The notes below the pieces were generated by a model, which was not told where the DNA came from, made no database searches, and saw nothing but the letters and a program-made list of their open reading frames with translations. This document shows positions 1 through 12,261 of a DNA stretch of 64,000 bases, one piece after another; within the stretch, counting starts at the first letter, position 1, and each line of letters opens with the position of its first letter. Position numbers and translations under genes: made by a program. Source of the DNA: Octopus bimaculoides (Eukaryota); the NCBI RefSeq assembly GCF_001194135.2, contig NC_068981.1, positions 134,705,465 to 134,769,464 of the forward strand, written 5' to 3'.

Positions 1-414
1 TCTTAGAAACAATATGATTCATTTCCAACCTTCTGTGAAAACATGCCCTGCCAAGGGGAAATCCTACCTCACTTGGAAACAAGTGAGGGTTGGTGACAGG
101 AAGGGCATTTGATCATAGAAAATCTGCCTCAACATATTTTATCTGATCCATGCAAGCATGGAAAAGTGATCATTAGAACAGTGACAATATAGGAAATAGG
201 AAAAGACTTGAATCAATGATCAGAGAAACTAGAAATCCAAAAAGGACTCTTTACAAATTAAAGATAATTGTAGAGAAAATAGCTGCATTCCATAGATGTA
301 ATGTTTTAGTAAAAAATCTCCATTTTAGCATATTCAGTAGCTCTGAAAGCAGAGAAATCAAGGAAATTATTGGAGCATATATATAGAGAGAAAGAGCGGA
401 TGGAAGGCGGGGAC

Positions 415-598
415 ACCACTTGAGAACCAGTGTTGGTTTGTTCACAACCCTGTAGCATAGCAGTTTGACAAAAAGGACTGATAGAATAAATTCCAAACTT
501 TAAAAGAAAAGCACTGAGGTCAATTTGCTCAACTAAACCCTTCAAGGTGCATGCCAGCATGTCCACAGTCCAGTGACTGAAACAAATAAAAGACAAAA
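415..598 (+). mobile_element. SINE family A, 3' half
   Basis: Matches the family A body and the GACTGAAACAAATAAAAGA tail. Confidence 0.72.
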
Positions 599-1199
599 GG
601 TAAAGATGAGGTATACAAACTACTTTCTCATGCCAGGTAAATATTTAAAGGTAGAAGTCCACTTTATAGGTTGTCATAGCATGCAGAGGCAGCTATTTAA
701 CTTTTTCTACTGATAAAATAATAAACTTTTTAACCTGAAACTAAAAGTAAACACTAAACCTGATACAATTGATATCTTATTTAGCTTGAAAAGGAAAAGA
801 AAGAATTAAATAGAAAATGAGAGGGGAACCAATAGAAGGCTAAAAATAAATATTCCAGAACCTTTGTTACTGACTGTCTACTTATTTAAACAATTCACAG
901 AATATACAGTTGTGATTTTGCAATTAAGGTTGACAAATTGGTTTTACCAGAAGAAAGAATGATATTGGCCATTTTGTTTTTGAGATAACTGAAGTAGCAG
1001 AGATATTGGTAACTGTTCTGCAAGTTGGAAAAAAAATAGTTATTCATTCTTACAGAAAAATGAAGGTGCAGATACCTTTTAAATTATTTTTTCAAATTTC
1101 TTTTTAATAGATTGATGTTACTTTGTTAATACGAAAAAAGTTTCCTTAGATTTTAATAATTAATTTGTTAACAGTTACTGAATCACCATCATTTTAATG

Positions 1200-1565
1200 C
1201 CTACTTTTCCATGCATGGATCAGAGAGAATTCATTGATGCAAATTTTCCATGGTCAGATACACTGCTTGTTGCCAACCTTCATTTGCATCCAAGCAAGGT
1301 AATATTTCCCATGACAGGACATGTTTTCATGGGAGATTAGAAACAAATAACACTGCTTGTATATTGTAAACACTTATTTACAACTATTACATGATGTCAA
1401 GACAAAGAGCTACACACACACACATATGACAGAATTATTTCAGTTGCTATCTACCAAATCCACTCACAAGGCCTTGGTTGACTTGGTGCTATAGTAGAAG
1501 ACACTTGCCCGAGATGCCATGCAGTGGGACTGAACCTGAAATCATGTGGTTGGAAAGTAAATACC
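1200..1565 (-). mobile_element. SINE family B (family A head, different body, RTE-like tail)
   Basis: The head shares GTAGAAGACACTTGCCC and GGACTGAACC with family A; the body ends CATGC..GCATGGAAAAGT. Confidence 0.75.
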
Positions 1566-2883
1566 TGTGCTTTAGTAATAATAATAAAAAAAATCATATC
1601 TTTACCATCACAAAAAATGTTTTGGCTACATTACATCATAGCTTTTCTAGTTGTATTAAACTACTGTTATAAGTGGCATCAATCAGTTTTGTTTATTGTA
1701 ATGAATAAATCATTTGAGTTTAGCTATGATCAAATATGCAGGTATTAATTCTGTTTTTATTGACATTTTCAAACTTAATTCACTTAGCCAGAGACAGATG
1801 GAAATGTGTGAAACCACTTAATGCGTGCCAAGCGTTTTAAAATAAGAAACTCACTTTTGTCTTAACTCTAAGTAAATGTTAACTTTGTGTAAATCTCATA
1901 TTTGACCACTCATTAAATAATAACAAAGTGATAAATCTTTATAATGACAAAAATATTCCCCTTTTGAAAGTGTTTCTCACTTCAGTCTATTTAAACAGCA
2001 TATCCTAGTCTCCATTATATGATATTTTTATCACTATTATCACCCTATTTAACATATATCAATCAGTGTAAATTTCTCTGACATACTGTGTATTAATGAC
2101 TGAATTATTATTCACACTGTATCAAGGGACTACTCAATCTGCCAGTTTCTGATAGTCTTTGCTCACATTGTTCCATCTCTGCCTGCTGCCATCTGAATTT
2201 CAATTTAATCTAGCTTCTTCATTTTTAAGGTTTTTCTATTTTAGAAGCCTAAAAACTATACACTTTTTCTCCAGTCATATTGCATGGATTCCATATTATT
2301 TATCTTAACACTCAGTGTTATTCTATCTTTACTTCAGTTCTGCTCTGAACCCAATCTTCATCCAACAAGGCAATATAAACAAAATAAAAATAATAAATAA
2401 ATGAATAAATAAAATAATTAGGAAAATATTTCCTTTTTTTTGTTTTATGTTTATAAATGGTGCTATTGTCATTATTTGATTTGGAGATTTCTGTTAAGAT
2501 AACACCAATTATCATATTAAGATATCACCAATTTTTCTATACTGCTTCTAATTTAATGAAGCAAGTCATTGGTCTCCATAGCCAAAAAATAGAAAGGAAT
2601 TAAAATATAAAATTGCTTGAATGTTTAAAGTCATTTCGATTGAAATTATTTAATGAAATTATATATTTCATTTTTCAGTCCTAATTGATAAATCATTTTT
2701 ATATTCTGCTTAGTGAAGAATATATAAAAAAATCCATATTCTAACCATTTTTTTCCTAAGAGAAAAATGAAAAGATCTGTCTAAATTACTTTTTATGTTT
2801 GAATTTGAAGACAACTTGCCTTAACATCCTTCTTTGCAACAATCATGTATTTCTTTATATCATTCGCTTTCTTTTTAATACAG

Positions 2884-3071
2884 ACCATCGCCGAATGTCA
2901 TTTCCCCATGTCCATCATCCATTGAAATCAATGACCAGTCGCTCATTCAAATCTATGAAAGGGATAAAAAGAAAAGTGAAAAAGAAATTTCAAGGAGCCA
3001 GAAGCTTTCCATCCAAAATAGCTGCTCAGTCCCCAGTTATTCCTGAAGTAGATGTTGAAGAATATCAAGAG
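2884..3071 (+). CDS. SLC4A2: SLC4 anion exchanger (AE2/AE3-like), first exon visible in the window (internal exon, phase 1 in, phase 0 out)
   Basis: Acceptor tttaatacag, donor GAG|gtgaat. Translates (D)HRRMSFPHVHHPL...DVEEYQE, resembling the AE2/AE3 N-terminal HR..S..H+HHPL motif. The symbol means AE2-like; invertebrate genes are co-orthologous to SLC4A1-3. Confidence 0.85.
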
Positions 3072-3889
3072 GTGAATTTTATCTGTATATTTGAATTAAT
3101 GTTTCTAGAAAATTATAAACTATTATTTATTTATCCTTATTCTAAGAAAAAAAAAGTTTCTTTTTTTTTAAAGTTTAAAGTTTTTAATATCTACTTGCTT
3201 CATTTTATTTGCAATATATTCAAGATTCTGTAATGTCTTAGTGAAAATATCTGTATCTTTGGTGTCATACGAATTTAGAAAGTTTGAGTGAACATGAATT
3301 TTTTTTTTTTTTTAAATGGTCATGTTTACGGAAGATGTGGGTTCATGTCTTTGTATCCAAAGGAAATTTTAACCCAATATTTGCACGTTATTTATTTATA
3401 GCTTTATCTGTTTTAAGTTTCACCATTTCAAAATAGAATTATATCTGTAAGTTTACATATTTGCCTGTCCAAAACATTTTCATAATTTTGTCCTAAACAT
3501 CCATGCTTGTTTTCAGACTTTTAGCTAAGCCCTTGTTTCACACATTCTGAGTAACATAAAGCTTTCTTTTTGTAAGTCCCAAGTTATTCCACTGGTTGAA
3601 AAAAATTGGGAATATATATCATATATGATGCATGGTCACCAGGGAAATATGGCCTGTGTGTCACATGTGATACACAGAACAGGCAAAAGCTTAAGATGGT
3701 GTTGATCTACTGAAATTTCACATTGCTTTTCATTTTGGTCAAGATTGTAATTTAAATATGAACACTTTCATACGTACATTCAGATGCAGTTAGCAGAGTG
3801 GGGTATTAAAAGGGGTTAAAAGGTTATAGGATAACATCACACATCAATGCTGCTTGATACTACTGATATTAAATAAATTTAATGATATA

Positions 3890-4296
3890 ACTCTTTACTT
3901 TTTACTCTTTTACTTGTTTCACTCATTTGACTGTGGCCATGCTGGAGCACTGCCTTTAGTCGAGCAAATTGACCCCAGGTCTTATTCTTTGTAAGCCTAG
4001 TACTTATTCTATTGGTCTCTTTTGCCGAATCGCTAAGTTATGGGGACATAAACACACTAGCATCTGTTGTCAAGCGATGTTGTGGGGACAAACACAGACA
4101 CACAAACATATACACACACACATACATATATACGACGGGCTTCTTTCAGTTTCTGTCTACCAAATCCACTCACAAGGCTTTGGTCGACCCGAGGCTATAG
4201 TAGAAGACACTTGCCCAGGGTGCCACACAGTGGGACTGAACCCGGAACCATGTGGTTCGTAAGCAAGCTACTTACCACACAGCCATACCTACGCCT
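3890..4296 (-). mobile_element. tRNA-derived SINE family A, full length
   Basis: Head AGGCGTAGG(T/A)TGGCTGTGTGG with B box GGTTCAGTCCC, internal (TA/TG)n and an AAAAGAGT tail; multiple copies in the window. Confidence 0.88.
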
Positions 4297-4911
4297 AGCT
4301 ATTTACTACTTTTAAGCCAACATTTAATGAACTATTTTGAAAAATATCTCTGATTTATACAATCCAGCTTTGTTATAATGTTTAATTGGGATTGTAAATT
4401 CATTAATAAATTCTTAATGCATTTATGTATGTAAATATTGATACATGATTCAAATATTTTCTGAACAATTTCTTGGATAACTATAAAATCTCAACTTAAT
4501 TTAGTTATATATTTATTATCCTGCAAAACTTTTAAGATTGATAATTGTTTTTCATCCTACATATACCCCATTCTCTTATAATTTCTTTTAACCCTTTAAC
4601 AGTCAAACTATATCAGACCAAAGTATCTTACCTGGTTTATGATAACTAGTGTTAACAGATGGCACTGAAGTACCGCTCTAATTATTTTATCCAAATCTAA
4701 ACTCTCTTTCTCCAGTTAAATCATTAATTACACCTACCCTACAATGTCATTCTAAAAATAAACAATCACATCATTGAAGTCTTGAAGCAACAAGATAATG
4801 CAGGATTAACTTAAAACGATATTAATATATATGTATTATAATTGGGGGAATAACCTGAATGCTAAAGAGTTAAGATGACATAAAAATGGGTCTTCTTATT
4901 TTCTTTTGCAG

Positions 4912-5305
4912 GATATTGACTCAGATGATGCAGATTTTGATATGGCTTCCAACATGTACTCAATTGAAATGCAAGATTCACAGTCTGATATACCTGAATT
5001 GGCTGTTGGTTTCTACATTGGTGAGAGTGAGCGTGGCCCAGATGTAGCATCTTTGCAAACTTCATTTGAAGATTCACCTCTTTTGATGAGACACCAACCA
5101 TCAATCGAGTCATATGCATCTTCCAAGTCTGTAGCTGCACAGAAGTTCCATCGCCAGGCATCTGGCTCTCCTGAACCAACATCGATGTTTGAAATAGATG
5201 AGGCACCTCGGCCATCTGAACAAGCAGCACATCCAAGATTATCGCTGGATGAAACAGATACAATGAGAGGCAGTCAACCATCTCTAAAAGTAAACTTTCA
5301 ATTAG
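4912..5305 (+). CDS. SLC4A2: SLC4 exon (phase 0 to 1)
   Basis: Acceptor ttcttttgcag, donor TTAG|gttagt. Open frame DIDSDD...SLKVNFQLG; the ending matches the SLC4 xVxFxLG motif. Phase fits both neighbouring exons. Confidence 0.85.
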
Positions 5306-5314
5306 GTTAGTTTT

Positions 5315-5566
5315 TCAGTTCTATATTTAAGAAATGAGGAATTATGTACATTATTTACATTTGTTGGATATTTGTCCTCATGTTGTATGTTGTATGCCGA
5401 TATACCCTCCAGCCTTCATCAGGTGTCTTGGGGAAATTTCGAACCTGGGTTCTCATTCCTAAGGTAATTTTCAATGTTATCATTATTATTATTATTCAGG
5501 TCATTGCCTGGAATCAAACTCAGAATCTTGGGGTTAGTAGCCCACACTCTTAACCACTATGCCATA
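5315..5566 (-). mobile_element. tRNA-headed short element with a partial hammerhead motif, directly 3' of the PLE fragment
   Basis: Minus strand: A box TGGCATAGTGG (5554-5564), 7-nt loop CTACTAA, B box GAGTTTGATTCC (5510-5521), (AAT)n, then GACAC-CTGATGA-A-GGCTG-loop-CGGC. The GAAA half is missing. Confidence 0.7.
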
Positions 5567-6640
5567 ATTGTAGGCAATTATGAAGTGAATTTTAGGGCTT
5601 ATAAATGTAATATTTTCCTATCCTTCCTTAATACCGGTTCCCATATGCTATTCATATCTGCACTCGGTCTGCTTACGAGGTTGTTGTGTCCTAAAATATG
5701 TGCTGCTTCTTTTAGTTTTCGTATTTTCCAGTGGTGTTCTCTATTATTTTAACTTCATCCCACGGTGGGGTGGTCTCCATTTTTCCGTACATGATCAGCT
5801 ATACCCAATTTATCAATATCTCCTTGTATCACAGCTTTGCGATGTTCGTCTACCTTTATTTTGAGGGGGCAGCATGTTTTGCCTTTGTATAACCTACTAC
5901 AGCTGTGTGGGATGGAGTACACACAGTCTTTGGTCATATTAATAGATTGTTACTTAGCTTGATCATTTCTTCGTAGTGGATATCACGATCGCTACTTACA
6001 TTCTTTGCTCGATGTATTAGGCACTGAGCAATCCCTCTCTTTACACTGTATGGATGGTGGAATTGAAGTTGAGGTATGCTCCAGTGAAGGTCGGCTTGCG
6101 GTATACAGATGTCCTGAATCCATACTTGGTGCATATTATTAATATGTCCAGGAATGCTAGCTGATTGTCTTTTTCCTTTTCCATTGTGAACTGTATCGAT
6201 GGCTTTATTGAGTTCACATGATCTAACAGCACTTGGACATCTTCCTGGTGGGGCCAGAGTATAAAGGTGTCATCATCATATCGCAGCCTTAGGGTAGGTT
6301 TTAGTGTTGTTAATCCTAAAGCCAAATTCTCAAAGTATTCCATGTATATATTGGCTATTATCAGTGATAATGGCGAACCCATAGCTAAACCCTCTTCTTG
6401 TCGATATATATCAGTGTCCATACTGAAGTAGGTTGTTTCTACACAGAAGGTCAACATTTCCATCAGGTTTCTTATTGGTATACTAGTGCGTTCTTTTAAA
6501 TGGGTGTCTGTCACTAGTTTTTCTTGAATCACCAGTTGGGACTTTGGTGAACAGACTTATCTCGTCTAGACTCACCATCTGGTTGGATTCAATGGGGGTA
6601 TCCTTGATCAATTCTGTGAAGAATTCCACCCACTTCCATT
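5567..6640 (-). mobile_element. Penelope-like element fragment (Poseidon/Penelope type), RT plus GIY-YIG, inactivated
   Basis: Minus-strand peptides across frameshifts: MVSLDEISLFTKVP, GLAMGSPLSLIIANIYME, RYDDDTF, FLDI, VYRKPT, HPYSVKRG, CVYSIPHSCSRLYKGKT..EH, HWKIRKLKEAAHI; stop at 5599-5601. The thumb-to-endonuclease linker appears internally deleted. Confidence 0.93.
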
Positions 6641-7405
6641 TTTCTTCCACAACTTTTTGTCATATTTGGATTATCCTTATGATTTATTTTTTTATCCGTG
6701 ACAAAAAAATAAGCCTTGTTCTTTCTTTCTTTTTTTTTTGTTTTTGAGTTTATGTATATACTTTTTATTTATTACTAGAAATAGTATTTAACTATTCCAA
6801 AATATTAATCAGTTACCTAATTAAATTTATGTTTGTATCAAAATATAAATTAGGATTAAAGAAATGTAAACTTCAAAGAAGATATTCCCAATTGTGTTCT
6901 GTTAACTTTATTTAATTCAATGACTAAGAGACAATATGATTATGGCTCTGTCACATTAATCTTCTGCTGTGAAAAATACAGTAGTTTAAGAATTGTATTG
7001 AAGTTTTTGTAATAGTATTTATAAAATGAAAACCAATTACAAAACAGCTTCGTTTTTTCTAATATTTAATGTGATATTTTACTTGCAGTATTTTGTTGTA
7101 ACTTCTAGATGTGTGATAGTGATCAAGCTCTCTTTTAAGATTGATAAATATTTTATGGAGGCAAGCTGGCAGAATTGTTACCATACAGGACAAAATGCTT
7201 ATCAGCATTTCTTCCAGCTTTTCACATTCTGAGTTCAAATACTTTGCTTTTTATCCTTTTGAGGGTCAGTATAAGTATCAGTTAAGTACTTGAGTCAATT
7301 GATTTCCCTCTCCCTTCAAAATTGTTAGCTTTGTACCAAAATTAGAAAGAAATATATGATCTAAAGTAGGATGTGCACTAATCAAAGTAAGGGTATATAT
7401 TTCAG

Positions 7406-7514
7406 GTGAAGAGGAGCCCAGTCAAGAGGATGTATTATGGGTTAAAAGGACAGATGTAGACACTGGAAAGGGAGGGTTAATGAAACAATCTTCATCAGCT
7501 GCATCTGCACCAAG
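7406..7514 (+). CDS. SLC4A2: SLC4 exon (phase 1 to 2)
   Basis: Acceptor atttcag, donor CAAG|gtatac. Translates (G)EEEPSQEDVLWVKRTDVDTGKGGLMKQSSSAASAP(R). Too short for the ORF track; it bridges the phases of its neighbours exactly. Confidence 0.8.
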
Positions 7515-9082
7515 GTATACTATTGGCATTTTTTTTAGATGTCTCCATTTATCAAATTGAAATAAACACATTGAATGCAATTTTCTTTTCACAAACTGTT
7601 ATTAAAATATAAAAATGTTTATGGCATAAGAATTTAGAATCTTTGAGAGACCTGCAATAAACTGTTTTGAAGAATGGAACTCAAAACATGATGTTATAAA
7701 TAAGTGAATAATAGTTGGGTTTAAAATATCAAAGGTTGCCTTTGACTTTTTTCCATCCCAGAGGATTATTAACCCAATATTTGCATGCTATAATTTACAG
7801 CATTATTTAATTTCAGTTCCACTGATGAAAAATATATATTATTCTAAGCAATCATTTCATTTCGTGTGTCAAGCAAAGCTAGTTGTTATTTTAAAATAGT
7901 TCTGAAATGTCTTTAAAAACTCGTATCAGAAACTCTCTTCAACTTCCTGGCTTTTGTTTGTCATCTGTAACAATGACACTGAAACATTTGTAATTGTTCT
8001 TTGTATAATAGATACACATGATAAAAATCCACGAAACTATAATATCAATAAGCCTAAATAATATAATGAAAGATAGGAATGGTAGAAGTATTTAATTTGT
8101 CTTATCAACATAACCTCAGCTTCCCCTGGTCATCTCTGTCTTTAGTCCTAGGGCCGATATCATAACATTTTCCTTGAATAAGACATCAGTCTGTCACAGA
8201 GCTATTCATTTATAGCTGAGTGAATTGGAGCAACACAATATAAACTGTTTTGCTCATGAACACAACACATCACCTGGTCCAGGAATCAAAACCACAATCT
8301 TACGATCATGAGTCCAACACCCTAACCATTAGATCATGTACCTTCATATAAAAATTTATTTGATATCATCAAATATATTTATTTAATATGTCTTCTTAAC
8401 TGTAATGTAATTTATTTATTTATTGAAAAATGTAGAGCAACTTAGTTCATTATTTTATTAAAAGTTATTTTAAATTCACTTATATTTTGAGAGCTTCTGT
8501 ACTGCACTAACTTAAATTGATTGACTTTTATACCAGTAAATGTGTTTGTTTATTATTGAGAGATAGAAAACTTGATTGTAAATACTTCACAGTATAAAGA
8601 ACCTACATGTTGAAAGTATGCTTCTTTCAATATCAGTATTCTTTATCTATACACAACAGTTTAGTAGAGTAATTTTAATCAACTTTTTAAACTGATATTT
8701 ATTCATTCAATGGCTTGCATATTCTTAATATGTTCCAACAGATCCAATTGCAAACATACTAATTGCTGTTGCGTTTTGTCACAGAACAGCTCATCCTTTA
8801 CAACAACTATATGTTCATAACACATTTGATTCACTAGTGCAAGGGATTTTGGGATGCCTGTGTTTCAATTTGTGTTTGATTCTGCTGAAATGTTTTAAGA
8901 ATAAATATGCAAGTCATTGTTTTGATTCTTACTACTTACCATGCAAATAACAATTTATTTATTAATTATTGTTTTCTAAAAGGCCCTCTGTGGTTGTGGT
9001 GATTCTTAGAGTATTATTAATATAATTCTTGTTAAGTTGTGTTTTCTATCTTGCTATTTAGTTTAAAACATCTTAGTTTCAG

Positions 9083-9375
9083 ACACAAAACACCAGAAAA
9101 GTCTCCGGCTAGTGATAAAAAAGACAAAAGCAGTGATAAAGAGGGCAAAAGCCACAAGCACAAACATGGTCATCATCATGAACATCATCATGGACATCAT
9201 CACGGTCACCATCATGGTCACCATCATCGGCATCATGAGCATTTTCGAATGCAAGACTTGTTAATGCGCAGGCAGGCAGGAAGTGAAATTGATTTGGATG
9301 AGAAATTGCACAGAGTACCTACAGAGTCTGAGGAAGCATTAACATTACAGAAAGCTGATCTCGATCAGATGGCAA
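9083..9375 (+). CDS. SLC4A2: SLC4 exon with His-rich tract (phase 2 to 1)
   Basis: Acceptor agtttcag, donor GCAA|gtaagt. Ends VPTESEEALTLQKADLDQMA(S), homologous to the AE2 segment ending ADLDLMKSHR. Confidence 0.92.
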
Positions 9376-10083
9376 GTAAGTAAGGAATTCTACTGCTTCG
9401 GTGTATTCCAAAGCTGGTATCAGGCTCAGATTATGGACAGCCTCACAATGGAAAATAACTACAAATGTAGTTGCAACAATAGTATTATGATCTTATGATA
9501 GAATGAATTTGAAACATTGCTCAGTCTTAAAAAGAAAAATGAAAAAACATGGATGTAGAAAGTATATTAACAACCTACTATCTTTATTACTAGAATATAA
9601 ATTTTCATTTATTGAATTTACATTACAAAGAAACAAATGCTAAAGTTTTCATAAATGCCATAATAAAGATGCAAAGATAAAATGATTTATTCATGACTTT
9701 TATTGAAATTTTAGCTCCAACAGAATTAAATCATTAATTTAAATTCACTTTTTATGGCCAATTATCACTCTCCTTTCCCACCTCTGTAACTTTTAAAAGT
9801 TTCCACTATTGCTGCTAACATTTATTTCCATGCAACCTATCCAATACAATATATTAGATAGCACAATGCAGAGGGAACTGGTGAGTTTTGGCAAGCTAAC
9901 ACCTAGACATGGGGAGGGCACCTGGCTGATGATATTGCATATAACTGTGATAAAAGAAACATCAGTATTTTGCCAAATGCCAAAAAATAATCTTTATATT
10001 TCTTAATGTGATTATTCCAAAAGTATGAAAGTTTTCATTTTATTCTATATAAAACCATATATAAAGTTTGCAATTATATACAT

Positions 10084-10128
<45 letters not shown>

Positions 10129-10166
10129 ATTGCATATATGTATATATTTCCAAAAATGAGTTTAAA

Positions 10167-10434
10167 GCAGGGTTGTGGAGTTGGAGTCAGAAACAATTAA
10201 GGGGTAGCTGGAGTCAGAGTCGGTAAAACTATGCCAACTCCAACTCACAATATCTTTATTCTTTAATATAAACCAGTTATAACATATAGGCCTACTCAAA
10301 GTACAAGTGTATGCATATGCTTTATGAGATATGTAGATGACAATCACTTAATTGCATAAACAGGAGTCAGAGGTGCCAATAATAGAGGAGTGGGAGTCAG
10401 TGTCAAATTTTTTGTTTCGACTCCACAGTCCTGG
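10167..10434. mobile_element. MITE with GGAGTC subterminal repeats
   Basis: Termini GCAGGGTTGTGGAGT and ACTCCACAGTCCTGG are imperfect inverted repeats. TTTAAA flanks both sides (10161-10166 and 10435-10440). Superfamily not assigned. Confidence 0.8.
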
Positions 10435-10628
10435 TTTAAAAGGATATATAATCCTGGCAGTTACTACCGTGTTTCCTCTTAAATCAGTTTCAGATGCCAG
10501 CTAACCACAATGGTCCTTTAATGATGCTCAAGTTAACATTAAGTTGCTAGACTCTGGTAACTATTCTCACTTGGTAAATCTGAGTGTCCTATTTGGGACT
10601 ACATAGTTTCCATAGAATAAGTAATACT

Positions 10629-10868
10629 ATTAATAATGATAAGGAGAATGGAGATTTTCCACATCTATAATTTTATTAAACAATTATTTACAGCATTCTT
10701 TTCTGGACCTATGCGTGTTTCAGCTGCATTAGCTGCACACTGTTAGGTATGCATCCTGGTGTCATTGTCGCTACAGTTTTATCAGGGTCCTTATTTACTG
10801 CTGTTTCAAAGTTTAATAAATTTATAGATGTGGAAAATCTCTGATCTCCTTACTATTATTATTAATAC
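10629..10868. mobile_element. Fold-back element with long terminal inverted repeats and a central hammerhead-like core
   Basis: 10651-10681 versus the reverse complement of 10811-10841 match at 30/31; looser complementarity extends outward and inward. Confidence 0.85.
10705..10790 (-). ncRNA. Decayed type I hammerhead ribozyme motif
   Basis: GGACC-CTGATAA-AACTGTAGC...GCTAATGCAGCT-GAAA-CACGC-ATA-GGTCC. Stem I GGACC/GGTCC is perfect. The core differs from CTGATGA at G8. Stem III converts to palindromic ACGCGCGT-A by reversing two CpG decays. Confidence 0.72.
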
Positions 10869-12261
10869 TATATATATATAGAGAGAGAGAGAGAGGGAGA
10901 GAATTTTTGATGGTGCAACCTGCAAATACCATAGGATCAAAATTATTGATCTTTAAATTATGAGGTATAGATGTAAGGAAGTGAAGAAATACCTACTTAA
11001 AGCACCCTGTCTGTTTCCATTGAGTAAATTCAATCCTTGGGTTAGTGACACAAAAACTTGGTCTCGGTTGGAGAGAAAATTTCATCAGATGCTAACTCTT
11101 AAAGTCCTGTAGTGCTTTCTTTATATACATCTCAGCTTTTACAAAGTAGAGATTCTGATGAAATGCAGTTAGTTCTATATAAAAATTTCATGAATCTGGA
11201 TAAAACTTGCCAATATGATATAATGGTCATTGGTGTACATTGTGAATGTGGTGTTTGCTTGTTGGTTTTGACTTTTACCTGTTGTCATGTCACTTTCACC
11301 TGCCAGGGTAGGTTGCATACAAGTTGATTACACATATATGATTTCACATATATTAAGAAGATATCAGTTTGTAGACATCAATTTCCTAGTACAGAGCTAA
11401 ATCTGTGCTCCAGTTATTATCTGAAACTAACTAGCTGCACAACTCCCATTAGTAAAACAATTTCAAGGTATGCTTTCATCTCCTCCATTCAGTGGGTTTT
11501 GTAAGACCCAACAAATGAATGTTATTTACTCTTATTACAACAATTATACTCTTCTCATAAACCCACCAATATGCAGAGTCACTATATTCAAAATATATCA
11601 GCTAATTATTACTTTTTTTTAAATTCCTTATCATTCACTAATGAAAGCATCAATACTATATTAATTGTATTATAACTCCAGTCTTGCTCAAAATTGATAA
11701 ATTTTAGTGTTACTTAGATAACTAGTGTTAATAGCTGACACTGAAATACCACTCTAATTATTTCATCCAAATCCAAATTCTCTTTATCTAATTAAATCAT
11801 TAGTAACTGTATATTGATAAATAAATCATTAACAAATATCACTGAATATTAACCTTTTGAGATATTAACTGCCATTACACTCAAAAATTAAAGGAAGGAA
11901 AATCCAGAGAAAATCGCTCAATAAAATGCAAAATACACATGGTTCTTTCTAAAATAAAGCTAAAATTTGTTTCTGGCATAGATGAGTGATTAATTCCAGT
12001 TTCCAATCCTAAACAAAAACACTATGTGAATTGTGGTTTCATACAGTTTAGGATTTGTTGAGAGCTACAGATATCTGCAATATAAGATGTTAAGGGTTAA
12101 ATATGATTACAATGAAGTTAAAATGCCAATACAAAAATACTCTCTATACAATGATGGTAATGATTTACTAATATTTTTTATATATGCATGTATGCACAAA
12201 AGCTTTGTGTGTGAGAACATATGTTTTTCTAAATCCTATTTTAATTAAATTATTTAAACAG

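Noticed and set aside
606-636. MRYTNYFLMP followed by G|GTAAAT, phase-compatible with exon 2884
   Set aside because: It abuts a SINE tail and has no homology or promoter support; chance is adequate.
3969-4315. ORFs such as MTPGLILCKPSTYSIGLFC, and similar ones at 251-596, 17804-18209, 19762-19965 and 51205-51534
   Set aside because: They are recurrent read-throughs of SINE family A.
5500-5566. Possible true tRNA-Ser gene
   Set aside because: The ACT anticodon is non-standard, the acceptor stem is incomplete, and it is embedded in a repeat; it is a SINE-type head.
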